A stretch of DNA of 64,000 nt from a bacterium (GTDB lineage Bacteria; Patescibacteriota; Minisyncoccia; Phycocordibacterales; UBA2100): contig JAUSGQ010000006.1 in assembly GCA_030674455.1 (NCBI GenBank), positions 15,654 to 79,653 on the forward strand. Reading direction: 5' to 3'. The position numbers and the translations under genes were made by a program. A model generated the notes under the pieces. That model was not told where the DNA came from, searched no databases, and saw only the letters and a program-made list of their open reading frames with translations. Position 1 is the stretch's first letter; every line of letters starts with the position of its first letter. This document shows, in pieces, positions 46,704 through 56,651 of the stretch.

Positions 46704-46854
46704 AAGTTTGTTGAGCATGGATTTACCATGAAAGGGTTTATGGCTAAATTAAATCGAGCTCGCAAGCCCTTTATTAAGTGTGGATAACTTGATTCGACTA
46801 TATACATTTGGTATACTTTTTGCATGTGGATGCCTACCCCGCAAGGGGTAGCGT

Positions 46855-47223
46855 TCACAAAGTACCCAATGTTTTGTGGAAATTGGTTATTTTGTGAACT
46901 TTACCCGGAGGCAAATATTTAAAGAATCCCGTTTCATTTAAGAGGGCTGGTTGGCTGTCCTCCATATTTCGTGCCGCTATTTTATACAGAGGTGGCATTC
47001 CTCGTTTAGTAAATTGTCTAAGAAGAGACCTCAGTTTCAGGTTTGAAATGTAAGAAAATAAGTCTGCTAATTCCAAACCAGGGCATTCACCGAGTTTAGT
47101 CTCAAATTTGATGCTCGCTACTCGATTACGCATTGCATCAGATTGACGCGACAGTACGGATTCGCTTCCCTGCAAATCATAGAAATTTCGTGGATTCTTA
47201 GATTCAAGAAAGGATGTCAACAA
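46855..47223 (-). pseudogene. possible C-terminal fragment of a frameshifted DUF3800 gene, or an independent small ORF
   Basis: 122-aa ORF in a different frame, 25 nt downstream of the DUF3800 ORF, whose length is shorter than expected. Confidence 0.25.
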
Positions 47224-47248
47224 TGAGTGATCGGCTTCTAGTCGTGAT

Positions 47249-47749
47249 TCAGCAACTTATTGAGCCACGATACGAATCGTTCTTCAAAACTTTGTTTGAA
47301 AACCAGAAAAACAAATGACCGGACAAAATGTCATATCCAATATCTCGCACCTGAACACCAACAGCTGTGCGTCTAAATTGATTAGGTATTAAATTCCTAG
47401 GAAGGCGCAAAGCTTTGCGAAGCACCGATTTCTTGAGTGCTACGACTTTGTATTTAATTGGTGCTAACGCTATAAATTCCCCTAAAGAGTCCGCCAAGGC
47501 TCGATCATTTTTATTTGTAAGATAGTTTAAAGAATCTTTTAGTTCAAAAATATCTACAGAATGAAATGTATGGCCTTTGTTAATTCCGTACTTTCTTTTT
47601 AATACATCAAACCAACCAGACAATTCGTTGTCCCGCGGATGTTCAATGGCTAAACCTGTTAGAATAAAATATTCGGACCTCTTATCGCTTAGCCCCGCTG
47701 TTCCAGATTCATCGACATATAATGTAAATTTCTTACTATTGGGTGACAT
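47249..47749 (-). CDS. DUF3800-family protein (possibly truncated)
   Basis: FTLYVDESGTAG matches the DUF3800 N-terminal motif. Start moved to the internal Met; the track ORF overlaps the divergent gene. Confidence 0.5.
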   Translation of the reverse strand: MSPNSKKFTLYVDESGTAGLSDKRSEYFILTGLAIEHPRDNELSGWFDVLKRKYGINKGHTFHSVDIFELKDSLNYLTNKNDRALADSLGEFIALAPIKYKVVALKKSVLRKALRLPRNLIPNQFRRTAVGVQVRDIGYDILSGHLFFWFSNKVLKNDSYRGSISC

Positions 47750-47840
47750 GTAAAAATGATACAACTTCTTGCGCGGAAGTCCAAAACTCAAATTCTTGTA
47801 TTCTCTTGAAATCGAGTATTGTGGTACAATCTTTTTTTCC

Positions 47841-48371
47841 ATGAATATTCATCCGCTCTTCGTGCATTTTCCTATCGCGCTTCTTGTCGTCTACGCGATT
47901 ATGGAGCTCATACATACGAACAGATTTACTCACAGCAACACCTATGCAAAAGTAAAAGGCTTTCTCGTTATTCTCGGAACATTTTCGGCATATTTGACGC
48001 TGGCGACCGGCGAGCTTGCGAGCGAATTGTTAGTCCAAAGCAGACCGGAACTCGAAAGACTTATTGAAACTCATGCGACGCTGGCGGGCGCATCGACGGC
48101 GATATTCTCCATACTCGCATTGTCATATTTGATTAAATTTCTTCTTGATTCCAAGCACGCAGCGGCCCCTGTCCTTGCGGCAAAGCTATTTTCGAACATC
48201 GTGGCGGCATTAAAGTGGTATTCAGAGGCGATTCGGGAGCATGTACTCGGCCAGATGCTCGCGCTTGCCGGAATTATTTGTATAACCATCGCCAGCGCCC
48301 TCGGCGCGGCAATCGTTTACGGGCCCGACGTAGACCCACTCGTTAATTTCATTTACCGGATGTTCTTTTAG
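47841..48371 (+). CDS. membrane protein, DUF2231-like (HPLFVHFPIAL motif)
   Basis: MNIHPLFVHFPIALLVVYAI plus further TM helices. Start at the internal ATG. Confidence 0.45.
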   Translation: MNIHPLFVHFPIALLVVYAIMELIHTNRFTHSNTYAKVKGFLVILGTFSAYLTLATGELASELLVQSRPELERLIETHATLAGASTAIFSILALSYLIKFLLDSKHAAAPVLAAKLFSNIVAALKWYSEAIREHVLGQMLALAGIICITIASALGAAIVYGPDVDPLVNFIYRMFF

Positions 48372-48380
48372 TTTTAGGAA

Positions 48381-48430
48381 TTTCCGAGGAGACACCTCCC
48401 CACACATGGGTGAGGAGTCACCTCGGAAAT
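48381..48430. repeat. Element B copy (TTTCCGAGGAGACACCTCC...GGGTGAGGAGTCACCTCGGAAATGCC), intergenic
   Basis: 24 nt are identical to 31325-31348. Imperfect ~20-bp hairpin with TTTCCGAGG/CCTCGGAAA ends. Confidence 0.65.
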
Positions 48431-48655
48431 GCCCAAGGTTGGACATTGGGTCAAATACATTGAGATGACATCTCAATGTATTTGACAGAAATACGAAGTC
48501 TGTTAACATTATTATATGAATCGGAAATTCACATCTTCGGTCGTCGTCCTCGTCGTTGCGCCGCTAGAGCGGGGACTGTAATACTGGAATAATAAACAAA
48601 GTATAACAGAAAACCCGCCAAACAGCGGGTTTTCTGCTAAACTACCAACAATATT

Positions 48656-50341
48656 ATGGAAAAGATATCAGGAGCCCAAGCATTAATGAAGTCCCTCTTG
48701 CGGGAGGGAGTTGATACTATTTTCGGATATCCTGGAGGAGCGATAATGCCGGTGTACGACGCGCTCTATGATTACAAGGATTCCATCCGGCACGTCTTGG
48801 TGCGCCACGAGCAGGGAGCCGCGCACGCGGCCGAAGGGTATTCGCGGCTTTCGGGGAAGCCCGGCGTGTGCATGGTGACATCGGGGCCCGGTGCGACGAA
48901 TCTTGTGACCGGCATTGCCGACGCGATGAGCGATTCAATTCCGATCGTTTGCATAACGGGACAGGTGACAGCGGCGGCGCTTGGAACCGATGCGTTCCAA
49001 GAAGCTCCTGTTATCGGCATCGTTACTCCAGTGACCAAGTGGTGCTACCAAATCACGAACGCGGCGGAAATTCCGCACATTGTTGCAAAAGCATTTCACA
49101 TCGCTTCATCAGGCAGGAAAGGCCCGGTTCTCATAGACATCACAAAAGACGCGCAATTCGAATTGTGCGAGTACGATGACTCTATTCAAACGATAACGCT
49201 GAAGAGCAGGCACGACCCGCACTTCGCCAAGAAGCTGGATCGGGCGGCAGCGCTTCTCAACTCCGCAAAACGCCCGTACGTTCTTTTTGGCCACGGCATA
49301 TCTTTGTCAAAAGCGGAGAATGAACTCGTGCAATTTGTCGAACAAGGCGGATTTCCTGCGGCCAGCACTCTGCTCGGACTTTCCTCGATGCCCAAAAGCC
49401 ATCCGCTCTACATGGGTATGCTCGGCATGCACGGCAATTACGCTCCCAACAAACTGACCAACAAAGCCGACGTGATATTTGCGATAGGCATGCGTTTCGA
49501 CGACCGCGTAACGGGTGATATCAAAAAGTACGCTCCGCAGGCAAAAATAATCCACGTGGACATTGACCATGCAGAATTAGATAAGGTCATAACGGCGGAC
49601 ATCGCGATTCACGCGGATGCCAAGGAATTTCTTGCACAAATAACCCCGCTCATAAAATCTCGGAAGCATGACGAGTGGATAGGACAATTCAAGAAATTAG
49701 ATACGGAGGAGCGAGAGGTAGTGGTGGATGCGGAACTCTATCCGAAATCGGGAGAGATAAGCATGGCAGAGGTGGTGAGGATTGTGAGCGAAAAGACAAA
49801 GGGCAAAGCTGTCATCGTGGCCGATGTGGGGCAGCACCAGATGGTTTCCGCCCGCTACTACGGTTTTGAGAATTCGGACAGCTTCATCACGTCTGGCGGT
49901 TTGGGGACGATGGGTTTCGCCCTTCCCGCGAGCATCGGCGCCAAGATTGCGGGGCCGAAGAGGGAAGTAATCGCGATTATCGGCGATGGCTCCTTCCAGA
50001 TGAACATTCAGGAACTCGGAACCATCATGCAGGAGAAACTATCGGTGAAGATAATTATTCTCAACAACCGGCACCTCGGCATGGTGCGCCAGTGGCAGGA
50101 ACTCTTCTTTGAAGAGCGGTACTCATTCGTACACATGGAAAATCCCAACTTCAATAAGATTGCCGACGGGTATTCCATTCCGAATGAGTTGGTGGAGGAA
50201 CGAAAGGACTTAGCACCCGCCTTGGACCGGATGCTGAAAGCAGAGGGAAGTTATCTTCTCGACATTATGGTGAAGAGGGACGAGAATGTGTTCCCGATGA
50301 TACCAAGCGGCGCTGCCGTGGACGAAGTGCGGCTTAAATAA
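48656..50341 (+). CDS. ilvB: acetolactate synthase large subunit (TPP-dependent)
   Basis: GYPGGAIMPVYDAL, TPP-binding GDGSFQMNIQEL, 561 aa. Confidence 0.9.
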   Translation: MEKISGAQALMKSLLREGVDTIFGYPGGAIMPVYDALYDYKDSIRHVLVRHEQGAAHAAEGYSRLSGKPGVCMVTSGPGATNLVTGIADAMSDSIPIVCITGQVTAAALGTDAFQEAPVIGIVTPVTKWCYQITNAAEIPHIVAKAFHIASSGRKGPVLIDITKDAQFELCEYDDSIQTITLKSRHDPHFAKKLDRAAALLNSAKRPYVLFGHGISLSKAENELVQFVEQGGFPAASTLLGLSSMPKSHPLYMGMLGMHGNYAPNKLTNKADVIFAIGMRFDDRVTGDIKKYAPQAKIIHVDIDHAELDKVITADIAIHADAKEFLAQITPLIKSRKHDEWIGQFKKLDTEEREVVVDAELYPKSGEISMAEVVRIVSEKTKGKAVIVADVGQHQMVSARYYGFENSDSFITSGGLGTMGFALPASIGAKIAGPKREVIAIIGDGSFQMNIQELGTIMQEKLSVKIIILNNRHLGMVRQWQELFFEERYSFVHMENPNFNKIADGYSIPNELVEERKDLAPALDRMLKAEGSYLLDIMVKRDENVFPMIPSGAAVDEVRLK

Positions 50342-50364
50342 GAAAATCGTTAACAAAATCTAAC

Positions 50365-50607
50365 ATGAGATACGTCCTCACAATAAAATCAGAAAATGCT
50401 CCGGGTACGCTTTATCGAATTGCCGGGCTTCTGTTGCGCAAGAAAATAAACATTGAGTCTCTGCATGTAAAGGAAATAGACCGGAAAAAACACATTTCAC
50501 TTTTTACGATTGAGATATTCCTCTCGACGCACCTGATGGCGAAACTTATTAAACAGATTGATAGGGTTGTTGAAGTGACGCACGCGGAGTACCGACGGAT
50601 GCAGTAG
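50365..50607 (+). CDS. ilvN: acetolactate synthase small (regulatory) subunit, short ACT-domain form
   Basis: 80-aa ACT-like beta-alpha-beta-beta-alpha-beta immediately downstream of ilvB. Confidence 0.6.
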   Translation: MRYVLTIKSENAPGTLYRIAGLLLRKKINIESLHVKEIDRKKHISLFTIEIFLSTHLMAKLIKQIDRVVEVTHAEYRRMQ

Positions 50608-50609
50608 CC

Positions 50610-50660
50610 AGGTTAGAGGTTAGTCAGACTAACCTGCCGTTAGTCTGACTAACCTCATGC
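50610..50660. terminator. hairpin GAGGTTAGTCAGACTAACCT-GCCG-TTAGTCTGACTAACCTC
   Basis: AGTCAGACT core between convergent genes. Confidence 0.5.
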
Positions 50661-51991
50661 TATCTGCGCTTTTTGTTCCTACCTTTAGGTTTACCGTTGT
50701 TTTTCGAGCTCAAGCTCTTAAGCGCTCTTACATACGCGGCTTCTCGCAAGGGAATTTTATGCTCCGCAGAAATGTCGTGCACGTCTTCACACGCGCTTTC
50801 CATCTTTTCTTTCAATTTCTTGAAGACTTTATCTTGGCTCCAGCGCTCCCTGTGCATGTTCTGATACCACTCGAAGTAGCTCACTGCCACGCCTCCGGAG
50901 TTGGCGAGGACGTCGGGAATCACGGTAACGCCTGCAGACCTAAATATCTCATCTGCTTCCGCGGTCGTGGGGCCGTTCGCTAATTCGAGAACTACGCTTG
51001 CCTTTACCTTTTTTGCGTTTTCTTTGGTGAGAGCGTTCTCCAGCGCGGCAGGCACCAAGACATCAACGGGAAGCTCCAATATTTTTTCCGGCGAAATCTC
51101 TTTTCCGCCAAGCTTTTTCATATTGCTAATATCGCATACGGAGCCAATACAGTAGCATCCGGCAAGTTTGCCGCTTTTGTCTTTGCACTTCTGAACTTCG
51201 CGTATGCTTGGAATGCCCGCGGGCATGTATATGCCTCCCTTTGAATCCGACAGTGCGACGACTTTCATGCCGGCTTCCTCAAGATACTGTGCCAAAAAGC
51301 TGCCGACATTTCCAAATCCCTGGATTGCGACAGTGAGACCCTCGGGTTTTCGTTTCTGCATTTTCAGAATGGAAAGCAACGCATAGCAGCCGCCTAGGCC
51401 TGTCGCTTCGGGCCGGCCGAGAGAGCCGCCGCGCTCCAGTGGCTTTCCCGTAATGACCGCTTCTGGGTTTTCATTTTTGACTTTTGACTTTTGACTTTTG
51501 ATTTTTTGTATATATTCCTCCAAAATCCATGTCATTATTTTCCCGTTCGTGTTGACGTCTGGCGCAGGAACATCGAGATTCGGCCCGATTACTGGCGTTA
51601 GCTTTCGGCCAAACTCTCTCGTGAGCCTTTCTAGCTCTCTTTCGGACAATTCCTTCGGGTCGACGTTCACCCCGCCTTTTCCTCCGCCGAACGGAACGCC
51701 GATAATCGCGTTCTTCATGGTCATCCAAAAAGCGAGCGCCTTAACTTCATCCATATCAACGCGCGGATGGTAGCGCAGGCCGCCTTTGTACGGACCGAGT
51801 ATATTATTGTGCTGGACTCTGAAGCCCTGGTACACGTGTATGCTTCCGTCATCCATCTTCACCGGTACGGAAACCTCTACTATCCGGTCGGGATGCTCGA
51901 GACGCGCTAAGAGTAGGGGGTCAATCGGGAAATTACTTGCCGCAGTTTGTAATTGTTTTTTTGCTCTGGTCCACGGATTATTGTCTGCCAT
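50660..51991 (-). CDS. gdhA: Glu/Leu/Phe/Val dehydrogenase family, probably NAD(P)-glutamate dehydrogenase
   Basis: Catalytic lysine region GVPFGGGKGGV and an NAD-binding GFGNVGS Rossmann motif. Contains an in-frame TTTTGAC x3-4 microsatellite at 51471-51505. Confidence 0.85.
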   Translation of the reverse strand: MADNNPWTRAKKQLQTAASNFPIDPLLLARLEHPDRIVEVSVPVKMDDGSIHVYQGFRVQHNNILGPYKGGLRYHPRVDMDEVKALAFWMTMKNAIIGVPFGGGKGGVNVDPKELSERELERLTREFGRKLTPVIGPNLDVPAPDVNTNGKIMTWILEEYIQKIKSQKSKVKNENPEAVITGKPLERGGSLGRPEATGLGGCYALLSILKMQKRKPEGLTVAIQGFGNVGSFLAQYLEEAGMKVVALSDSKGGIYMPAGIPSIREVQKCKDKSGKLAGCYCIGSVCDISNMKKLGGKEISPEKILELPVDVLVPAALENALTKENAKKVKASVVLELANGPTTAEADEIFRSAGVTVIPDVLANSGGVAVSYFEWYQNMHRERWSQDKVFKKLKEKMESACEDVHDISAEHKIPLREAAYVRALKSLSSKNNGKPKGRNKKRR

Positions 51992-52123
51992 AGATTAATA
52001 TTTATTTCTAACGCAAGGAGTAAAAGTATACTCCTTATAATTGGTCCTGTCTTTGAATTAATGTTTGACAAACCTTCTTAGAATAGTAAAGTCGCAAAAA
52101 GAACTTCACATCGCCATCATGGA

Positions 52124-52350
52124 TCCCGTTAGAAGTCGCGAAAGTCTGGAATATGGTACATTCAATATATGTTTCTAATTTGTCGTTTGCTTACGAACAC
52201 TAACTTTTGAGTCGGAAGCGCAAGCTTTCTACCTGCCCGCCAAAGCCAGAGCCGAGCGAGTAATATGAAAACAAACATGAGACATTATCAGCTAATCAAG
52301 TTCATTGCTACCGTCGCTTTCAGGCGATGGCAGGCGGGCTTCTAACGGGA
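52124..52350 (+). mobile_element. 227-bp non-coding TIR element (MITE-like) inserted in the inositol-monophosphatase start codon; TSD TGGA
   Basis: Ends TCCCGTTAGAAG (52124-52135) and CTTCTAACGGGA (52339-52350). TGGA at 52120-52123 and 52351-52354. ATG rebuilt at 52350. Same length as the copy at 41856-42082, with conserved blocks. Confidence 0.7.
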
Positions 52351-53117
52351 TGGACACATTCATAAAGAAAATAACAAAAGAAGCAGGCAAGGCCGTTTTG
52401 AAGCGGTTCGGGAAAGACGGTGTTCACTACTCAAAATCAAAGCATGCCTACGATGTCGTTACCAAAGCGGATCTTCTTTCGGAGAAAATAATTATTTCCG
52501 CGATTCGGAAATATTATCCCGCACACAGCATTCTTTCCGAAGAAGAGGGAGAGATAAACGCCGGTTCGGACTATCGATGGATAATAGACCCCGTGGACGG
52601 CACTATGAATTTTGCCTCGTCTGTGCCGATGTTCGGCGTAATGGTTTGTCTGGTGTATAAAAATACCGTTAAGCTCTCTGCGATATATCTTCCGGTGACG
52701 GACGAATTATTTTTTGCGAAAGCGGGGAGGGGGGCATATTTAAACGGCAAGCGAATATATTGCTCGCAGACGAAAAGTCTTGATACGAGTACCGGCTGCG
52801 GTTTTGTCGGTTCACGAAAACGGACATTGCACTTCGTTAAGAAATTGCTCGGCGTCGTGCGCGGGGAAGGATTGTTTCTCAACTCATTCGGATGCATTTC
52901 CATGAATTCATGCTATGTAGCGTGCGGAAGAAAGGACTGGGCCGTGTCGCTCTATGGAGCTGTACACGACTTTGCGCCGACCTATCTCATTCTCAAAGAA
53001 GCGGGATGCAAGGTTACAAATTGCAAAGGCAAGTCGTGGAAAATCGGCGATAACGAAGCGGTTGCGGCCAATGAGACCTTGCATCGGCAACTGTTGAAGC
53101 TTACAAAAGACGTCTAA
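52350..53117 (+). CDS. inositol monophosphatase family protein (SuhB/ImpA-like)
   Basis: WIIDPVDGTMNF metal-binding motif. Start at the ATG regenerated by the element; the track ORF at 52305 begins inside the element. Confidence 0.8.
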   Translation: MDTFIKKITKEAGKAVLKRFGKDGVHYSKSKHAYDVVTKADLLSEKIIISAIRKYYPAHSILSEEEGEINAGSDYRWIIDPVDGTMNFASSVPMFGVMVCLVYKNTVKLSAIYLPVTDELFFAKAGRGAYLNGKRIYCSQTKSLDTSTGCGFVGSRKRTLHFVKKLLGVVRGEGLFLNSFGCISMNSCYVACGRKDWAVSLYGAVHDFAPTYLILKEAGCKVTNCKGKSWKIGDNEAVAANETLHRQLLKLTKDV

Positions 53118-53160
53118 TTATCATGGCGGGGGTAGGACAGAGCGTGGTACAATCTCGTCC

Positions 53161-55440
53161 ATGCCCGGTAGTATGGTAGAAAAAATGTTGCGTTGGACAG
53201 CGCTTGCAGGGATTTTTGCGCTCCCATTTATTGTTTTCATAGTAGCGAATTCACTCTTCTTTCCGTACATCACGGGAAAGAACTTCGCGTTTAGGATAAT
53301 CGTAGAAATTATTACCGCTTCGTGGCTGGCGCTTGCTCTCATTAATCCTGCATATCGTCCTAAGAAGACGTGGCTTCTTGCCGCCTTCGCGGCATTTGTT
53401 GCGATTATTGCCGTCGCGGATGCTACTGGCGTCAATCCGTTCAAGAGTTTTTGGAGCAATTACGAGCGCATGGACGGATGGGTGACTCTTGCGCACCTCT
53501 TCGCCTACTTTGTCGTTGCGGGCTCAATTCTTGGGGCGAAGAAACTCTGGAGAAGATTTTGGCTTTTATCTCTTGGCGTGTCCGTCATTTCCGTTTTTAT
53601 GGGAGTGAAACAGTTTATCGGGATTTCAGCCTCGGCGAGCGGGCTCACGGCGCGATTGGATTCAACTTTCGGCAATCCGATTTATTTGGCTGTCTTCATG
53701 CTCTTCAATATTTTTATAGCGGCGTTTTTGTGGGCAGAAAGCTGGCGCGAGCGCCAGCCGGGTAAGCGCCTTGGAATTTCGTTGGCATACGGAGGCATTA
53801 TCGCGCTCGACACCATCATTCTTCTCTTGACCGGAACGCGCGGGACAATACTCGGCCTGGTGGGCGGAGCGATTCTCGCTTTTCTTATCTACGCTTTTCT
53901 AAATCAAGGGCAGAGTTCTACCCGCCTGCGCGTAATTGCCGTCGGGTCTATCGCCGCGATTGTCATTGCGGGTGGAAGCTTATGGCTTGCACGAGATACG
54001 GCGTTCGTGAACCGAGTTGGATTCCTCGGCCGGCTTGCGTCCATTTCGCTCCAGGATAACACCACTAAATCTCGTTTTATGAACTGGGGTATGGCATGGG
54101 AGGGAGTAAAAGAACGCCCGCTTCTCGGATGGGGGCAGGAAAATTACGCGATTGTTTTTGATAATTACTATAACCCCGGAATGTACGCTCAGGAACAGTG
54201 GTTTGACCGCGTACACAACATAATTTTCGACTGGCTTGTTGCCGGCGGGTTTCTTGGCCTCATTAGTTACCTCCTGCTATTTATATCCGCTCTTTGGATT
54301 ATTTGGAGAGGCGGTGGCGCTTCCGTGCCAATACAGGCTGGACGTCAAAAAGAAAAGAATGCCGCAAACAGCACAGTAGTTTTTTCTTTCGCCGAGCAAT
54401 GTATTTTGACCGGCCTTCTTGCGGGGTACTTTTTCCATAATCTTTTCGTTTTTGATAACATTTCCAGCTATATTTTGTTCACGACTATCCTCGCTTACAT
54501 CGCTTCGCGCTACGCGGCTGTCCGCAATGCGCCGACCCTGCTTCCCATGGGGAGCCTTCCGCGCGCGGCGACACCAATTGTTGCGGTTGCGGCCATAGTT
54601 TTGGCAGTGGGGTCTGCTTGGGGAGTAAACAACCGCGCGCTCGCGCAAAATCGCGCGCTCTTGCAGGCAATCGCTCCGCATCAGGAGGGAATCACTGTAA
54701 ATCTCAAATACTTTCAAGAGGCGGTAGCTTATCAAAGCCTTGGAACGCAAGAAGCGCGCGAACAGCTTGCTCAAGTGGCTTCGCAAATTGCAGGTAACCA
54801 GCAGATGCCGGATGATGTTAAACAAAAATTCGGCTCTTTGGCTGCAAACGAGATGATTCTTCAGGAAAAAGCTTCGCCGCTGGATGCCCGTTTTCCGCTC
54901 TTTTTGGGAATTGTATATAAGGCATACGGAGATTATGAAAATGCAGGAAAAGCATTCGCGCGCGCACATGAACTTTCGCGGGGCAAACAATCAATACTTT
55001 TCGAGATGGGCGCGAACGCTCAATCACTTGGCAAGAACGATGAAGCAATTCAGGACTTCAAAGAAGCGTTTGAACTTTTGCCGGAGTATAATAGCGCGCG
55101 CGTCTACTACGCCGCCGCACTGATTCGCGCGAAGCAAGAGTCGCTCGCGGAGGAGATACTGGCCCCCGCCGTGGAATCGGGCGCTGCCGCAGACCCGAAT
55201 ATTGCATCTGCATATGTTTCAATAGGACGCTACGACAAGATAGTGGAGATTTGGCGCGCACGCGTAAAAGCAATGCCGAACGACATGCAGGCCAGATTTA
55301 CTCTTGCGGCAGCACTGTATCAGGTGGGTAATCCTTTGCAGGCAATAGCAGTTCTTGAGGAAGTTAAGACTATAGACCCAAGCACCAAAGCTCAGGCAGA
55401 AGAATTTATCAAGCAGATAAAAAGCGGGTCGGGAATCTAA
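53161..55440 (+). CDS. O-antigen ligase/Wzy_C-like polytopic membrane protein with C-terminal TPR repeats
   Basis: About 12 TM helices with a large periplasmic loop typical of the O-antigen ligase fold, then TPR-like repeats (YKAYGDYENAGKAFARAHEL...). Confidence 0.6.
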   Translation: MPGSMVEKMLRWTALAGIFALPFIVFIVANSLFFPYITGKNFAFRIIVEIITASWLALALINPAYRPKKTWLLAAFAAFVAIIAVADATGVNPFKSFWSNYERMDGWVTLAHLFAYFVVAGSILGAKKLWRRFWLLSLGVSVISVFMGVKQFIGISASASGLTARLDSTFGNPIYLAVFMLFNIFIAAFLWAESWRERQPGKRLGISLAYGGIIALDTIILLLTGTRGTILGLVGGAILAFLIYAFLNQGQSSTRLRVIAVGSIAAIVIAGGSLWLARDTAFVNRVGFLGRLASISLQDNTTKSRFMNWGMAWEGVKERPLLGWGQENYAIVFDNYYNPGMYAQEQWFDRVHNIIFDWLVAGGFLGLISYLLLFISALWIIWRGGGASVPIQAGRQKEKNAANSTVVFSFAEQCILTGLLAGYFFHNLFVFDNISSYILFTTILAYIASRYAAVRNAPTLLPMGSLPRAATPIVAVAAIVLAVGSAWGVNNRALAQNRALLQAIAPHQEGITVNLKYFQEAVAYQSLGTQEAREQLAQVASQIAGNQQMPDDVKQKFGSLAANEMILQEKASPLDARFPLFLGIVYKAYGDYENAGKAFARAHELSRGKQSILFEMGANAQSLGKNDEAIQDFKEAFELLPEYNSARVYYAAALIRAKQESLAEEILAPAVESGAAADPNIASAYVSIGRYDKIVEIWRARVKAMPNDMQARFTLAAALYQVGNPLQAIAVLEEVKTIDPSTKAQAEEFIKQIKSGSGI

Positions 55441-55475
55441 ACGGCCTGCCTAGCTGCGCTTCCGAAAGAGAACAA

Positions 55476-55496
55476 AAACGCAGTACCCGCCGAAGG
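55476..55496 (+). terminator. hairpin AGTACCCGCC-GAAG-GCGGGTACT
   Basis: Perfect 10-bp stem 35 nt after the stop codon. Confidence 0.5.
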
Positions 55497-55867
55497 CGGG
55501 TACTTACGCGACTTTCAGGAGAGCCACAAGCTTTTATGGCACTCACACAAGCACTATACCGTAGACGTGGCGTCAGGCAATACTTCTTTGTGGATTACTT
55601 ACATATGACGCTTGCTTTCCCGGCCGGGAGGGCAAGCGTCATATGGCATGTGGACAGTGCATCTAATTTTATTGCGGCTAGCGAGGAGCGAAGTGGGAGC
55701 TTGCTCACACTTCGTCCGAGCGAAGACGCAACACAGGTTGAATAGCTCGCAGCTTGCTGCGAGAATGCGCGAGTGAAGCGAGCTCCGACAATGCCTCGGG
55801 GCTTGCCCCGAGGAACCTTTATTGCATTGTCAAACGGGTCTCAAATGCTATCCTTATAACAGATTCC

Positions 55868-55975
55868 GACACAGCCCGACTTCGTCCCTACTTCGTTAAG
55901 ACTATGTAAGGGCGCAGCAAGACTACGTCGGACACAGCCCGACTTCGTCAAGACTACGTCGGACACAGCGCGGAG
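55868..55975. repeat. degenerate ~31-bp tandem/direct repeats (GACACAGCCCGACTTCGTC and AAGACTACGTCGGACACAGC, two copies each)
   Basis: Lies inside a 1.2-kb non-coding region. Confidence 0.5.
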
Positions 55976-56351
55976 GACGGCGGCACTCACATTGACTTTC
56001 ACTTTGGAGCTCGCACCTGTCCTCCGCATTGTGTCCAGAGAGGAATTTCCAAAAAATCAATTTGCAATTTGCAAAGAATATTCAAATTCCAAATTCTAAA
56101 CACTTCCGGAATAATAAGTTCATTATTTGAGTGATTGAAAATCGGAAATTAATTTGCAAATTAGGAATTGCAAAGTGCAAATTCCCAAATCATTTTCTGC
56201 GAAAATGGTTTTGGAAAGTTATCCACTTATGTGCGCGCAAAAAAACAATTTGCGAAATATTGGTGCAATAATGAATTGGAAAACGCATCTTCGCGTCTCA
56301 AAATTGCGCAAGTGCGGGTCGAGTTTAGAACTGAGAGTTATATATACATAA

Positions 56352-56399
56352 TATGGCAAAGAAAAAGAAGGCGAAGAAGAAGGCGAAGAAGCACCGCTA
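56352..56399 (+). CDS. tiny Lys-rich peptide ORF MAKKKKAKKKAKKHR; similar tiny ORFs at 2209-2271 and 12489-12557
   Basis: ATG preceded by TATATA and followed by a strong terminator. Three MAK..K-rich mini-ORFs occur in the window; whether they are real genes is unproven. Confidence 0.25.
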
Positions 56400-56426
56400 G
56401 TGTTTCTCTGGGCTAAAACGCTCAAA

Positions 56427-56462
56427 ACAATCTCTCCTATGCGGAGAGATTGTTTGTTTTCA
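56427..56462 (+). terminator. rho-independent terminator upstream of secA
   Basis: AACAATCTCTCC-TATGC-GGAGAGATTGTT followed by TGTTTTCA. Confidence 0.55.
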
Positions 56463-56651
56463 GGGAAATTTCCTTCTATAAGAAAATCATGGAAGCAAAC
56501 GCTATCAAATGATAGGATGACCGGATGCCCAGACACTAAATTTGCCGTCGCCACTATGTACCAAATTACTACAAATACATTCGCAACATTTAGTTGGAAA
56601 CGCCGAATATTCGGGAATTGCTTTAGCGCGAAATTACGGCAAACTTAGTGT

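Noticed and set aside
50660-51991. Leucine or valine dehydrogenase linked functionally to the adjacent ilvBN
   Set aside because: The genes are convergent, not co-oriented. The sequence motifs do not discriminate GluDH from LeuDH by eye, so the generic family call was kept.
52305-52349. Upstream start for the inositol monophosphatase ORF
   Set aside because: The extension lies entirely inside the 227-bp TIR element. The conserved IMPase N-terminus begins at the regenerated ATG (52350).
55868-55975. Possible degenerate CRISPR array (31-bp periodic repeats)
   Set aside because: Only two copies of each repeat, no spacer/repeat regularity and no cas genes nearby (the Cas2-like resemblance at 41187-41747 is 14 kb away and weak). 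Better described as a minisatellite.
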